A stretch of 64,000 nt of DNA. Origin: Monocercomonoides exilis PA203. Lineage: Eukaryota; Protista; Preaxostyla. Made by a program: the position numbers and the translations under genes. Below the pieces are notes generated by a model, which worked only from the letters and a program-made list of their open reading frames with translations, was not told the origin of the DNA and ran no database searches. The stretch is taken from the NCBI GenBank assembly GCA_001643675.2, contig LSRY02000041.1, forward strand, positions 186,001 to 250,000, written 5' to 3'. Numbering within the stretch: position 1 is the stretch's first letter; each line of letters begins with the position of its first letter. Below, piece after piece: positions 23,401 to 33,680 of this stretch.

Positions 23401-24899
23401 GATGGTGATGATGAGAGAAAAGGATTCGGAAATGAAGAAGAAGAAGAAGAAGAAGAAGAAGAAGAAGAAGAAGAAGAAGAAGAAGAAGAAGAAGAAGAAG
23501 AAGAAGAAGAAGAAGAAGAAATTGATGATGACGATGAGCTAAATGGATCATTAAGATTAGATTTTAATGAGCTTTCTGTGTTTGTTCCAAAAGAAGCAGC
23601 AGCAGACGAAGATGCCAATGAAGATGAAGCATCCTTTGCAGAGGATTTCTTATCAGATGAATCAGTCAATGAAACATCTGAGTTTGATGACAGCTTATTT
23701 TCTGCCTCTTTCTCCTTCTGCTTGTTCGTCTTCTCTTCATCAGCACTTCTTGTGGCTGCTGCTGTTGATGAAGTTGATTGACTGCTGATTCCTTTTGAAA
23801 GAATCTCATTTTCCAATTGGCTCATTTCTCCTTTCTTCGATTTTGCTGTCTCATTCATCATCATCACCAGCTGCAGCAGGCGAGCATCCCTTTTGAACTC
23901 TCTTTCTCTCCTCAGTCGCCTTTTCTGCCTTCTCTTCTCTTTCCTTCTCCCTCTCTCTTCACTCGTAGTCGACTCTGAGCGTTCTGACGATGACTTCTCT
24001 TCGTTGCTCTTCTCTTCGCTATCTTCTTCGTCACTATCTGAAAATAATTCATAACTGTCGCTATCAGAAGCAGAAAAAAGAGATAAATCAATAGATAAAT
24101 CATCCTTATCAATGTTAGCTTCATTAATTTTTTCATCTTTTTTTTCTTGTTCAATATTTTTATTGCTTGAAGTTTTGGATTCCGCTTTTTCTTTTCTATT
24201 TTTTTCATGTTTACTTTCTTTCTTTTTCTTTGTTTCTTTCATTTTTTTCAACTGAGAAAGTTGTGCAAGTTGTTTCTCCATTCTTTTCATTTCTCTCTGC
24301 AAAAGAGCAATTTTAACGTGTGACCTCTCATTTTCTTTTTTCAGCTCGGACAGTTCCCGTTGAGTTTCTTCTTTTTCTAATTCCTCTTTTTTCTTCAAAG
24401 CTAATGCAAGAATGAACTCTCTGCTTTCTGGATTTTCAGTTGCACTCTTTTCTAATTCTGATTGCTTCGCAACGCTTCCATCTCTATTTCTCTTCAAACC
24501 TGTATCTGGATAAAAAAGATGTAATGGTGACCAAATCCCTTCTCCAATTTGAGTTGAGTATTCCCTTTCATTTTTCTGCTTCAAACGTTGAAGGAGCTGT
24601 GTTGAATTTTCCCATCTTTTCGCAGAGCTCCCAACAAAAGTTTTAAGAACAGAACTTGTATCCACAGAATGAAAAAGTAATTGCTCAATTGGATCAAAAT
24701 GGAGCGAGTGATAAGTTTGTTGTTGATGATCATCATGATCATTTAAAGTTTTTTGTTTGTATTGTCCCTTCCTTAAATCGAAAGGGGCCGAAGAAGAAAA
24801 AGTTTCATACCTTGCCTGACCATTTTTTTCTGAATTTAAAAGTCTGTGCTCTTGTGAACAAGTCTCATGACTTGTTTGGCATTTAGACGTATTTATCAT
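20466..24899 (-). CDS. 1477-aa low-complexity protein: N-terminal coiled coil, acidic block, Ser-rich tail with 16 NPF motifs
   Basis: Single uninterrupted ORF starting at ATG; repeated NPF tripeptides are typical EH-domain ligands. Confidence 0.8.
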   Translation of the reverse strand: MINTSKCQTSHETCSQEHRLLNSEKNGQARYETFSSSAPFDLRKGQYKQKTLNDHDDHQQQTYHSLHFDPIEQLLFHSVDTSSVLKTFVGSSAKRWENSTQLLQRLKQKNEREYSTQIGEGIWSPLHLFYPDTGLKRNRDGSVAKQSELEKSATENPESREFILALALKKKEELEKEETQRELSELKKENERSHVKIALLQREMKRMEKQLAQLSQLKKMKETKKKKESKHEKNRKEKAESKTSSNKNIEQEKKDEKINEANIDKDDLSIDLSLFSASDSDSYELFSDSDEEDSEEKSNEEKSSSERSESTTSEERGRRKEKRRQKRRLRREREFKRDARLLQLVMMMNETAKSKKGEMSQLENEILSKGISSQSTSSTAAATRSADEEKTNKQKEKEAENKLSSNSDVSLTDSSDKKSSAKDASSSLASSSAAASFGTNTESSLKSNLNDPFSSSSSSISSSSSSSSSSSSSSSSSSSSSSSSSSSSSFPNPFLSSSPSSFTSPSPSPSTTSSSSPFSSPFPSAKDSTDSSSSSSSSSSSSSVSSSFDNPFAQSASISFNSNPFLAAAKEKEENKEEKKTSGFGVFSDAANEKEKPKEPEKASSPFSSFPPASSSPMGNPFLQYVQSSSSSSSSSSSSTSSSPFTAKTTETSQSSSSSTINNPFGSPSFSLPPLPLPSPSLSDSSSAKKPSNLLAQAVPIVAAELTEADKKAIEEGKERDREIAAEKIQKIKERREGMQKGMWGKKEEEEEEEEEEEGEEGDDGDDEGEEGEEGEEGEEEDDGEEGEEGEGGEYEEGEEGEEEGEGEGDWEGDEGEEGEEWEEGEGGEGANSSSSVNASGEGGAGGGEEEEGGRVEDFIDQAFSDELMPSKRRRYFRDEEEDNITTSSGGEKKEGAKGKGKENDDDTIILSLHPNPFASASAISSASGMNVSVSDISSPSVKNSLASSSSLTSSSSSSSVQSASASDNPFASFSNVFATSTDSNASIQKSLTSSSSSPSPSDSDSSSASNNPFASLSKLAPAPSGLSTQNSASNPFLSVTPSSSSSSSSASSAPSSSLSPSPSSTSSSSSSAANTSSSVAASNPFLNATKTITANIEPASSNEAPKNPLSSPISSSSSSSSSSFSSSSLPSFNTNASVTVDPASNPFAAAAMSFQSSTASSTPSANPIGSGITSSSSSSSSSLSAPSSLSATSTITSSLPSSSLANPFSSSSSSSSSSSVPAGLFNSANNPPLPPPSASAEELAAAAFPSTLSSKASPFGSTAPSFSSSSSSSPFSATSSISSSSSSSSSVSSASVKNNPFLAAVLASSPSIDLSDINSIESSSGYASPQEIAAKMASKANDSIIVKNSDYLDPDKNPYKYTLNTDIAPKTQHKQASSLNIFDTSSSTSSSSSSSSSSSQAPFTPLPNPFDNLKYDTSFSSSANNNPFAGKSSFSLSSPTSQITFTAGKSQNVDMNSSIFSLSSNIPNPFDPASRK
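23434..23520 (+). repeat. (GAA)n microsatellite; poly-Ser on the minus strand
   Basis: Perfect GAA run. Confidence 0.95.
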
Positions 24900-25011
24900 T
24901 TTAAATTAAAAGTTAAAACTTTTAATTCAGCAAAGAATACAATTATTAAAAACAGTGATCTTTTTAATTTTGGATTTTTTTGATCATCGAAAAGTCCCAA
25001 TATGTGAAATC

Positions 25012-25801
25012 ATGTCACAACCTTCCATTCGCCACGACTTTTACCAAACAGAAGATCAATTAGTTCTCTCTCTGTATGTGCGAAATATAAAAGAAGGTGG
25101 TTGTGAATGCAAAGTTTCTGATGATACCATTGATATTGAACTCACTTTGCCTGATGATTCAAAACAACAGTTATTAATTTATCCATTTGGAGAAGTGGAA
25201 CCAGGAAAGGAAAAAATTGCGTATAAAGGCGTTAAAGTTGTTATTACGTTCCAAAAACGTGCAATGGTTTGTATTTTATGTTTTATTTTTCAATTTATAA
25301 ATTTTTTGTCTTCCTTCCAACTAATTTCAAGTTTTTGTGGCCAGCAAACGAGAGAGAAAAATCAGAACCTTGTGTCAAACGTGCTTCCGAAGTTGGAAAA
25401 ATTGAATCAAATTCAGATTCTAAAGTTGAAAAAAAACCAAAATTAATATATCCTTCGTCAAAAGGAAAAGTTGATTGGGATTCTCTCGCAAAACAGGTTA
25501 AAGAAGAAGAGGAAAAAGAAAAAAAAGAATTGGGTGGAGAAGAGGGATTAAACGAACTTCTTAAGGTTTGAATACTTTTTTTTTTTTAACATAAAAAAAA
25601 AATTAATTATATTGATTTTTTCAAATGAAAAATACACAGGGGATATATGCAAATGCTGATGATGATACAAAAAGGGCAATGATAAAAAGCTATCAACAAA
25701 GTGGGGGTACTGTTCTCTCAACAAATTGGGCCGAGGTTGGGAAAGGTGATGTTAAACCACAACCTCCAAAAGGAATGGAGGAACGGAAATGGGAGATTTA
25801 A
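25012..25801 (+). CDS. SGT1: SGT1 Hsp90 co-chaperone (CS + SGS domains, no TPR), 3 exons
   Basis: Exons 25012-25266, 25332-25565, 25640-25801. IRHDFYQTEDQLVLSLY (CS domain); YPSSKGKVDWD and IYANADDDTKRAMIKSYQQSGGTVLSTNWAEV...PPKGME (SGS domain). Confidence 0.93.
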
Positions 25802-26008
25802 GCTTTTATTAATCATGTGTAATTAAATTTGAGTTATTATAATTTTTTTTGTTTTCACTTCAAAGCCATTCGAAAGCTATCCATCATTCATTCTTGCATC
25901 ACTACTCAAAAATATGCATCGGTCAGCTATGGTCAATAGAAAAATTAAAAAAAAAAAAAACAAAATGATAAAAACAAAACTTATTTTTCTATTGCAAAAT
26001 GCGCAATA

Positions 26009-26452
26009 TCATGACTTCTGCTTTCCAATTCGAAGCGGATTATGAACTTTTTCTTCGAGGTCTGAATCTGGAATACTGAAATCATCTTCAGAATAATCAT
26101 CTTCCATTTGCTCATTAGAATCAATGAGATTTCGTAAGTTCTTTATTTCAAGATTTCGAAGTGCAATCTTTATTACTCATTCTTAAAAAAATAATAATTG
26201 AAGCGTTGGTTCAAACTTGATCGAAAACAAGATCCAATCTTAATTTCAACTGACATTTTTCATTAATTAATTCTTCCAGTATTTTTGTTGATGATTGATT
26301 TTTTTCTTTTCTTCCTGTTTAAAAAATAATTGAAAAAAATCTTTTCTTTTAAAAACTTCAAAAGTTTTCCAACCATGTGACCATTGTCCATCTTTATAAT
26401 ATAGCGTTTTATCTCCAAGTGTTATTTGGGGAGCCGTTTGAAAATTTTGCAT
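26009..26452 (-). CDS. Small spliced protein, Chibby-like
   Basis: Three-exon model gives MQNFQTAPQITLGDKTLYYKDGQWSHG-RKEKNQSSTKILEELINEKMSVEIKIG...IALRNLEIKNL...KQKS*. PxIxLGxxxLxYxxGQW followed by a coiled coil resembles the Chibby core. Confidence 0.5.
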
Positions 26453-26560
26453 TGGTTTTGACTGCAAAATATTTTTCTCAAAAAAATATATATTTTCTAT
26501 GGTTACTTTAATATTCCCATACATTTTTACTGTATTATTCATTTAGTTATTTCAAGGATA

Positions 26561-29428
26561 ATGAAGAAAAAGAATGAGAAAAAACACTCACCAACGTTTA
26601 TAAAATATAACCCTCATTTTAAAACCCTTGCTCAACAAATTGAAACATGTGAAACGGTTTCGACAGTGCGGGCTCAAGTTCTTCAATACTTCAGAAATGG
26701 AAAAATGCTAAATAGGATTGCCCATGCAAAATATTTTTTAGACATTATGATTTCCTTGCCTGGTGCAGTGGAAAAGTTGGATTCTACTCGTTCTTGGGTG
26801 TGCTGTAATTCTTTGGGAAGCAATTCTCAATATTTTTAAAATTAGTATTTTTTCTGGGCACTACAAGGACTTGATCTGATTGGATTTCATATTAAGCCGC
26901 ATTCTCCACTTGCGAAATGGATTTTGAATACGATACGTACTTTTCAACACCCAAATGGAGGTTTTTCTGGAACTTCTGGATTATTCCCTCATATTGTTCC
27001 GACATATACGTGCATCCATATATTAGCCTTAATTGGAAGTGAAGAAGCTCTTGAAATTATAAATTTAGATGGACTTCATCGTTTTTTGAAAAGTCTTTTG
27101 ACAAGCATTGACTTATTTCCTCCACATAATCCCTTTTTTTCTCAGGATGGAAAGTACTTCAACGAATCGGCAATGAATTCTGACGGAGATTGCCGGTCGA
27201 CCTATTGTGCTTTAACAAGTGCTTCTTTGTGCTGCTTGCTGGATGAAGATTTAACTGAAAACGTCAAGAATTGTCTATTAAATTTGCAGAGTTATGAGGG
27301 TGGTTTTGGAGGAGAAATTGGAAATGAGGCGCATGCAGGATACACGTATTGTGCATCAGCATCACTTGGAATTTTAACGGGACTGGATGAAATTGAAGGT
27401 GAAAAGGAGCTTATAAATTGCATTAAAGAGAAGAAAGTTCAAGCATCAATTTTATCTGGGAAGCATGAATTAAACAAATTGCCTCCATTTGAAGAGAGAA
27501 AACGCCCAAACACTTTTGATCTGAATGCACTCACGAGGTGGTGTGTGCAGCAGCAGAAGGAGTTTGAAGGAGGGTTTGCAGGGAGGACACACAAACTTGT
27601 GGACGGGTGCTATTCCTGGTGGACAGGAGGAAGCTGTGTGATTGCTGAAGCATTACAACAGCTGGCAATGGAACACGATCCAATTGCCAATACATTGATT
27701 GATGGGAAAGAAGGAAAAAGAACACAAAAAATGCATTCTGGAAGAGATATTCATAATGAAAGCAAAGAGCAGGAGAATGTTTCAAAAAGAAATGTGCAGG
27801 TGTCAAATGCATCTTTCCCAGCATTTTTAAAGAAATGTCGGTCAGTTGAGATGAAGCAGCGGATGGCAATGTGGAGAGTGAAGCGGAGGAGGAGCGAGGC
27901 AGCAGGAGAATCGGCAGAGCTTCTGATGGAAGGAAGAGAGAGTATCGACAGGAAGAATGAGGAGGAAGAGAAGGAGGAGGAGAATGAAATGGGCAAATTA
28001 CATGATGCATTTGAAGAAGAAGGAGGAGGAGGAGGAGAAGAAGAAGAAAAGAAGGCTTTGTCTGAAATGGACAAAGAAAACATAAGTTCAAACAAAAAAG
28101 AGCAGAAAAGCGAAGCATCTGAGAAAGAAAAGGAAGAAATCGAGAAAGAAGAAGAAGATGATGATGATTCAAGTTATGACGAAGTGGAAGAAGCAAAGGA
28201 AGAGCTTAGATCGATTGAAAAAGCGTGTTTGAAAGCAAAATGTGAGCTTTCCAGAACAAAACACTCTTTTTTTGTGCTGCCTCAGATGAGCCAGCTGCAT
28301 TTCACTGCAAATCAGACACAGAAATTTCCATTGAAATATTCTGATAACATTCACTTCACTCATTCATCATCATCATCTTCTTCTTCTTCTTCTTCTTCTT
28401 CTGATAAGCATCACTTGACAGAATCCAATGAATGTGCTCTCATTCAATCTCAATCTTCCTCACATCAACCACATTCACGCACTTCATTACAATCTTCTTC
28501 TTGTTCATCTCATTACACTTCATTAACATCATCTTCATCTTCATCTTCATCAGCATCTTCTTCTGATTCTGATTCTGATTCTCTGCAGTTTCCTCTTGTT
28601 CCTTCCAATTCTTCTGCTTCTGGAACTTCTTCTTCTTCTTCTTCTATCCTTCCCTCCCAACCGCTCCTTTCCCCAATCTTCTCCCCCTCTTCTCTCCTCT
28701 CCTACATCTTCTGCTGCACACAGTACCTCTCCCTCGAAAAGGGCGGGCTAAGGGACAAGCCAGCGATGAATGCAGACGCATATCATTCGTGTTATGTCCT
28801 CTGCGGAGCATCTTTGGCTGAGTGGGCAATGTTGAGAGAGAGAAAAAGAATGATGCAGAACTGTTGTTATTATTCACCTGAGTGTTTGAAGGAGAGTGGA
28901 AGGGGAGAGAAGGAAGAAATGAAGAAGGAGGAGGAAATGAAGAAGAAGAAGGAGGAGAAGGAGAAGGAAGAATCAGAAGTTGAAGATGAAGAATTGAAAG
29001 ATGAATGCTGTGATGTGTTGAATGTGAAGAGAATGTTTGTGAAGTGGGCTGATCAGCTTTTGCCGTCAAGCATACAAGTTGAGCCTGCTGAAACTCATTC
29101 TTCTTCTTCTTCAGTTGAATTTGATCCAACAAAACTGACATTTGAGGAGCTTGTGAAGAATTTTGATGTGGATTCATTGGACGACGTAGAAGAATATGAA
29201 GAAAGAAATGACAAAACAGCAAAAATTGATTCAAAAACAGATTCTTCTTCTTCTTCTCATCAATCAAAAACGATGTTATTCTGCAAACTTCCCCTGTTCC
29301 ATATTCATCCCTTGAGTCAAATAGATCCCATTCATGGAATATCAACTGAAAAAGTTGTCAAAGCCAAACGCTTCTTTCTGAACAAGCTGAAGAGGAAATA
29401 CAATTCTGATTCAGATTTACAAAAATGA
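26561..29428 (+). CDS. FNTB: Protein farnesyltransferase beta subunit, 2 exons, with long low-complexity insertions
   Basis: Intron 26798-26845 joins LDSTRSW|YFFWALQGLDL. Motifs QHPNGGF, EAHAGYTYC, GGFAGRTHKLVDGCYSWW, GGLRDKP..DAYHSCY (Zn ligands and FTase-type Trp/Trp/Tyr specificity residues). Confidence 0.92.
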
Positions 29429-30041
29429 AGAATTTTAACTTTAATAAAAAAAACATGAGAAATTTGATTAAAATCTTATAAAACAAAGCAAAGCTGATAG
29501 GAGATTTCATGCTGAAACGTTATCACTATCGTATTTATTTTGAAAGTAATGTGTTTGTTTTTAATATGAACTTTCTGTTGTTTATGTTCAATTTAAATGG
29601 TTTTGTTCTTCTTTTGAGTCATTTTTTTATTTTTCATTTCTGTTTATATTTTTATTCATCATCAACAAATAAACTTATTAGCAAAAAAGGAAGAAAACCT
29701 TATTGCTCAAATTGTAAGCATGTTAAATGCAACAGAACCCTCTGCAATAGCACTGAGAAATACTCAGAAGATATGGAACAGGAAAAGAGAGGAAGAAGAG
29801 AAGAGGAGAAGAGGAGAAGAGAGGAAGTGAAAGAGATATTAAATAATTTGTTGAGAATGTCAAGCAGAAAACGAAAAGCAATGAAGCGAATACAGACAAA
29901 CAAATAAAAACAGACACCATGATTAATCAAAACTGAGAAAATTGAATAACAAATAAAAATGTTGAAAAAATAATCTTTTTTCTAATTAAAAACAACAATA
30001 AAAAAATTGATTTGGCATGGAAATCACTTTGCATCAGCCAT

Positions 30042-33000
30042 TTATTCATTATCCTCTTCATCAAAATCTTCTTTGCGAGCTTTCCTCTTTTGCTGTGTGT
30101 TTTCTTCAGAATCATCATCTTCATCGTCATCTTCATCACTTTCGTCTCTTTGTCTTCTGCTTCCAGACGCAGATGCAGACTTTGAAGCAGTTTTTGAATA
30201 ACCTTCATCTTCCTCATCATCATCTTCATCGTCATCCTCATTGTCTTCATCATCCTCATCCTCTTCTTCCTCTCTCTGCTGGCTTCTTGTCTGTGACTGA
30301 GATTGTGATTGAGATTGTGATCTTGTCTGTGATTCTTCCTCGTCTTCATCATCACCCTCGTCATCTTCATCATCCTCATCTTCATCGTCCTCATCCTCCT
30401 GCTGTCTTTCTCTCTCTTCCATCTCCTCCACCCTCTGTTGCAACCTCGCATTCGTCTCCATCTCATCCTGCAGTCTCTTTGTCAATGCCAAATATTGCTT
30501 CTTCTCTTCCACAAGCTTGTTGTACTTCTGTGTGAGCATCATGTGCTGCACCCGCTGATTCTCTAAGATGCCCTCTTGCTGAAATGACATGGTGCATTTT
30601 ATTTATTTTATTTTTATTTTCATTTCATTTCATTTATTTATTTTTATCAATGGAAATAAATTGGAAAAAGTTTTTATATTACTGAAGAAATTCCTGTTAT
30701 TCACACCTTCTTCAAACTTTTGCCTGTCTGCTCGCAAATGTTGTTGATGTCTTCAATCAACTTGATTTGTGTTGGGCGCTGCTTCATCGAGCGAGGGAAT
30801 GTTTCCTGAAAGAAACAGATCATTCAAAAAGATGTCAAAAAAAAACAATCCATGTCAAATTTTCACAAAAAGTTCAAAATAATTAAAAAAAAAAAAAATA
30901 CTCATCAATCAATATAAGCACATCTCATTTCCAAAATGATTCAACGTTAAAAAATAAATAAAATAAATAAAATAAATTGATTAACAAATAAGTCATTCTT
31001 CGTTTCATTTCTTCCTCTCTATCAAGTATAACAGAAGGAAAAGAAACACACAATAATACTCTGTATCGTCGTTGTTTCTCTGTCTAAGCAAGTCTTCCTA
31101 TCAACCAGTGTGTTGAATGTGTTGATGTGCTTCCTTGTCTCATCCAAGTAAATGCCCATCAGACCGAACAATTCAATGAAACGTGTCTGATATTGGAAGA
31201 GCTCGGGGCGAGTTGGTATCTCATCAATCAGACGCTGCTGGCTGGCAATTTCCTGAAATATTAGAGAGAAAAAGGAGGAAGGAAGGAGGGAAAGAGAAAG
31301 AAAGAAGAGAAAAGAAGAATTATGAAATTTAGCGAAAGTTTAATGAAAAGAATGAAGAGCGAAAATAAATGAATTTGAAGATGAATGAAGAAAGAAGAAG
31401 TTGAAAAAGCAAAAACAACAAAAAAGTCCTGTCAAACTCTGTTCTTCTGTGCCAGAAGTGTTCTCATCCTCTGCAACTTGGCGCTTTCTTCAGACAGAGC
31501 TGTCTTCAATGCAATTGTTCTCTCATCTTTCCTTGGATCACTAAAGTAGCATTGATACAAAACAAATGAATGGTAATAACAATGAATAAATAAATAAGAA
31601 AAAGAAAAAGAAAAAGAAAAAGAAAAAGAAAAAGAAAAAGAAAAAGAAAAAGAAAAAGAAAAAGAAAAAGAAAAAGAAAAAGAAAAAGAAAAAGAAAAAG
31701 AAGTAGACGATGACAAAAAAGAAGATATCATTCATTAATAAATAAATAAAATGTTTATATATTTCCATTTCAAACAAACAATCTCCACATACTTCATCAT
31801 CCTCACATCCAGCACCAGCTTCTGCCAATACTCAAACTGCTTCTTGCAGTTCACTTTGAACATCTTCTCCTGCTCCTTCAGCGTCTCGTTCAACTCCACC
31901 AGCCGCCTCAGGTTCTGCACCACACCTGGATCCTGCTTGTCTTCCTCTGCTTTCAGCTCAGCCATTCGTTCTCTGTTTTCATTCAGCTCTTCTTCAATCT
32001 TCTCAACTTCGGCTTCTTCTTCGTCGTTCTGCTCTTTCATCGCCTTCAACTTTGCAACTTGCTCTTGGAGATGTCTAAAAAGGGAGTAAAAATTAATTGT
32101 TCATTTAGAAAATATTAAATAAAATAAAAAGAAGAATATAAAACAGTCCAAATTAAGAGGAAAAAAATCCATTTCCATATTAAAAATGCGAAAGAAAATT
32201 CCAACTAATAAGCGTTAATTCTTCTTTCCTCTCTTTCCCCTCTTTTCTTTTCTTTTCAAATCTTTTCAAATATTTTTTTTTCTCTCATTTCCTTTACTTC
32301 ATTTTCTCGCCCAATCTCCATTCTCTATTCTCCCTCATCCAATCCACTTTTGTCTCATACGATTTCTTTCCCTGTATCAGCTTCTCCAGATTGTCCAGCT
32401 TCTGCTTCAGCGCCTCCACATGCTGTTTTGTGGATGACAGGTCAATCTGCTTCTTCTGCTCGTCATACAACTTGATCGCCTTGTTCATCTCATCGCTGTT
32501 CAGCCCCAAAAGCTTCCCAACTGTGTCTGCCTTTACACCATCATGCTGCCCATGCGCTGCTGCCCCTTCCATCCCTTGCATCAGTTCTGCCACTCTCTCT
32601 TTCTCCCGAGCTTTCTCTTCATCGTCTTCTTCCTCATCTTCTTCTTCTCCTTTTCCTTTCCGCTTCTTCTTTCCCAGTTTTGATAAGGCTAATCCAACAC
32701 CGCTTGTTTTCCCGTATTCAAGTAAAATGCGTTGAATTCTAGCTTCTTCATCAATTTCTCGAAGTCTCCTTTTTTGCCTATATAGACGTTGTACTGGAGG
32801 AATTTCTTTCTGGATAGCGGATAATGGTAAAGAATCGGCCAATGGATCATATTTCCTGTCTTCATCTGATGGAATAAGAGCCTCTTTCCGATATGTGAAT
32901 TCAGCTGAACGTCTAAAAGATCTTTCTGTGCTCGCACGAAACTCAAAGGTTTTTCCCACGAGCCATTGAATAATTGGATAAAGACGTTCGTAGTCAAGAC

Positions 33001-33442
33001 CCTGAATGTGAACAGGTTGGCAACTAAGTTTGCAACCGCTTGCTTTCATTGCTTGAAGAATATTTTCAGAAATTTTGCTGTCATAAATATATATTTGAAC
33101 TCTTCCAGAAATATAAAATAAAAACAGCAAACATTTTTTCTCGAATATTTGGATTTTCCTTGAAAGTAACATCAAAATCGACATCAACACTACTTGCTGT
33201 TAGGCACCAAGCCATACCACCTACAACCTTTAGAACACAATTGAGCCAACATTTTATTAGAAATTTGAATTTTATCCGTTACAATCAAATTTTCACGATT
33301 TAATTATTTTGTAGCAAACTTTATCAAATGGTGAAAGTGCAGGAATACGTGCTCTGAAATACCCAGCAGAAACAAGAAGGTTAATGATTTTATCATAAAC
33401 CTTCTGTCTTTGTGCTTGTGTTTCCTCAAGAACTCTCGACAT
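30042..33442 (-). CDS. CCDC93: CCDC93 (CCC/Commander complex subunit), multi-exon
   Basis: IINLLVSAGYFRARIPALSPFDK|VVGGMAWCL, PVHIQGLDYERLYPIIQWLV, LVELNETLKEQEKMFKVNCK, QRLIDEIPTRPELFQYQTRFIEL; GT-AG introns keep the frame. Confidence 0.93.
31597..31702 (-). repeat. (TTTTTC)n hexamer repeat in a CCDC93 intron
   Basis: Perfect GAAAAA units on +, i.e. a pyrimidine tract on the sense strand. Confidence 0.95.
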
Positions 33443-33680
33443 GTTTGATCTTTACCCTTTGACTATATAATTAAAAAATTATTCTTCAAATTTTTATTAA
33501 TTTTTCTTTTATGTGATAAAAATATTCAATAAATCAACGAAAATAAAATTTGAAAAATGACGTGTTAGCAATAATTAGAAACTCACAGAATTTAGAGAAT
33601 GAAAAACAAACAATAGAAAAATACAAAAAGGAGGTATAAATCTGAATATGAAATGTGAAGTATTTTTTCAAAGCGTCATT

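Noticed and set aside
20494-23781. Long Glu-rich plus-strand ORFs
   Set aside because: They are antisense shadows of the poly-Ser minus-strand gene.
20466-24899. FG-nucleoporin identity for the 1477-aa protein
   Set aside because: Very few FG dipeptides; the repeated unit is NPF.
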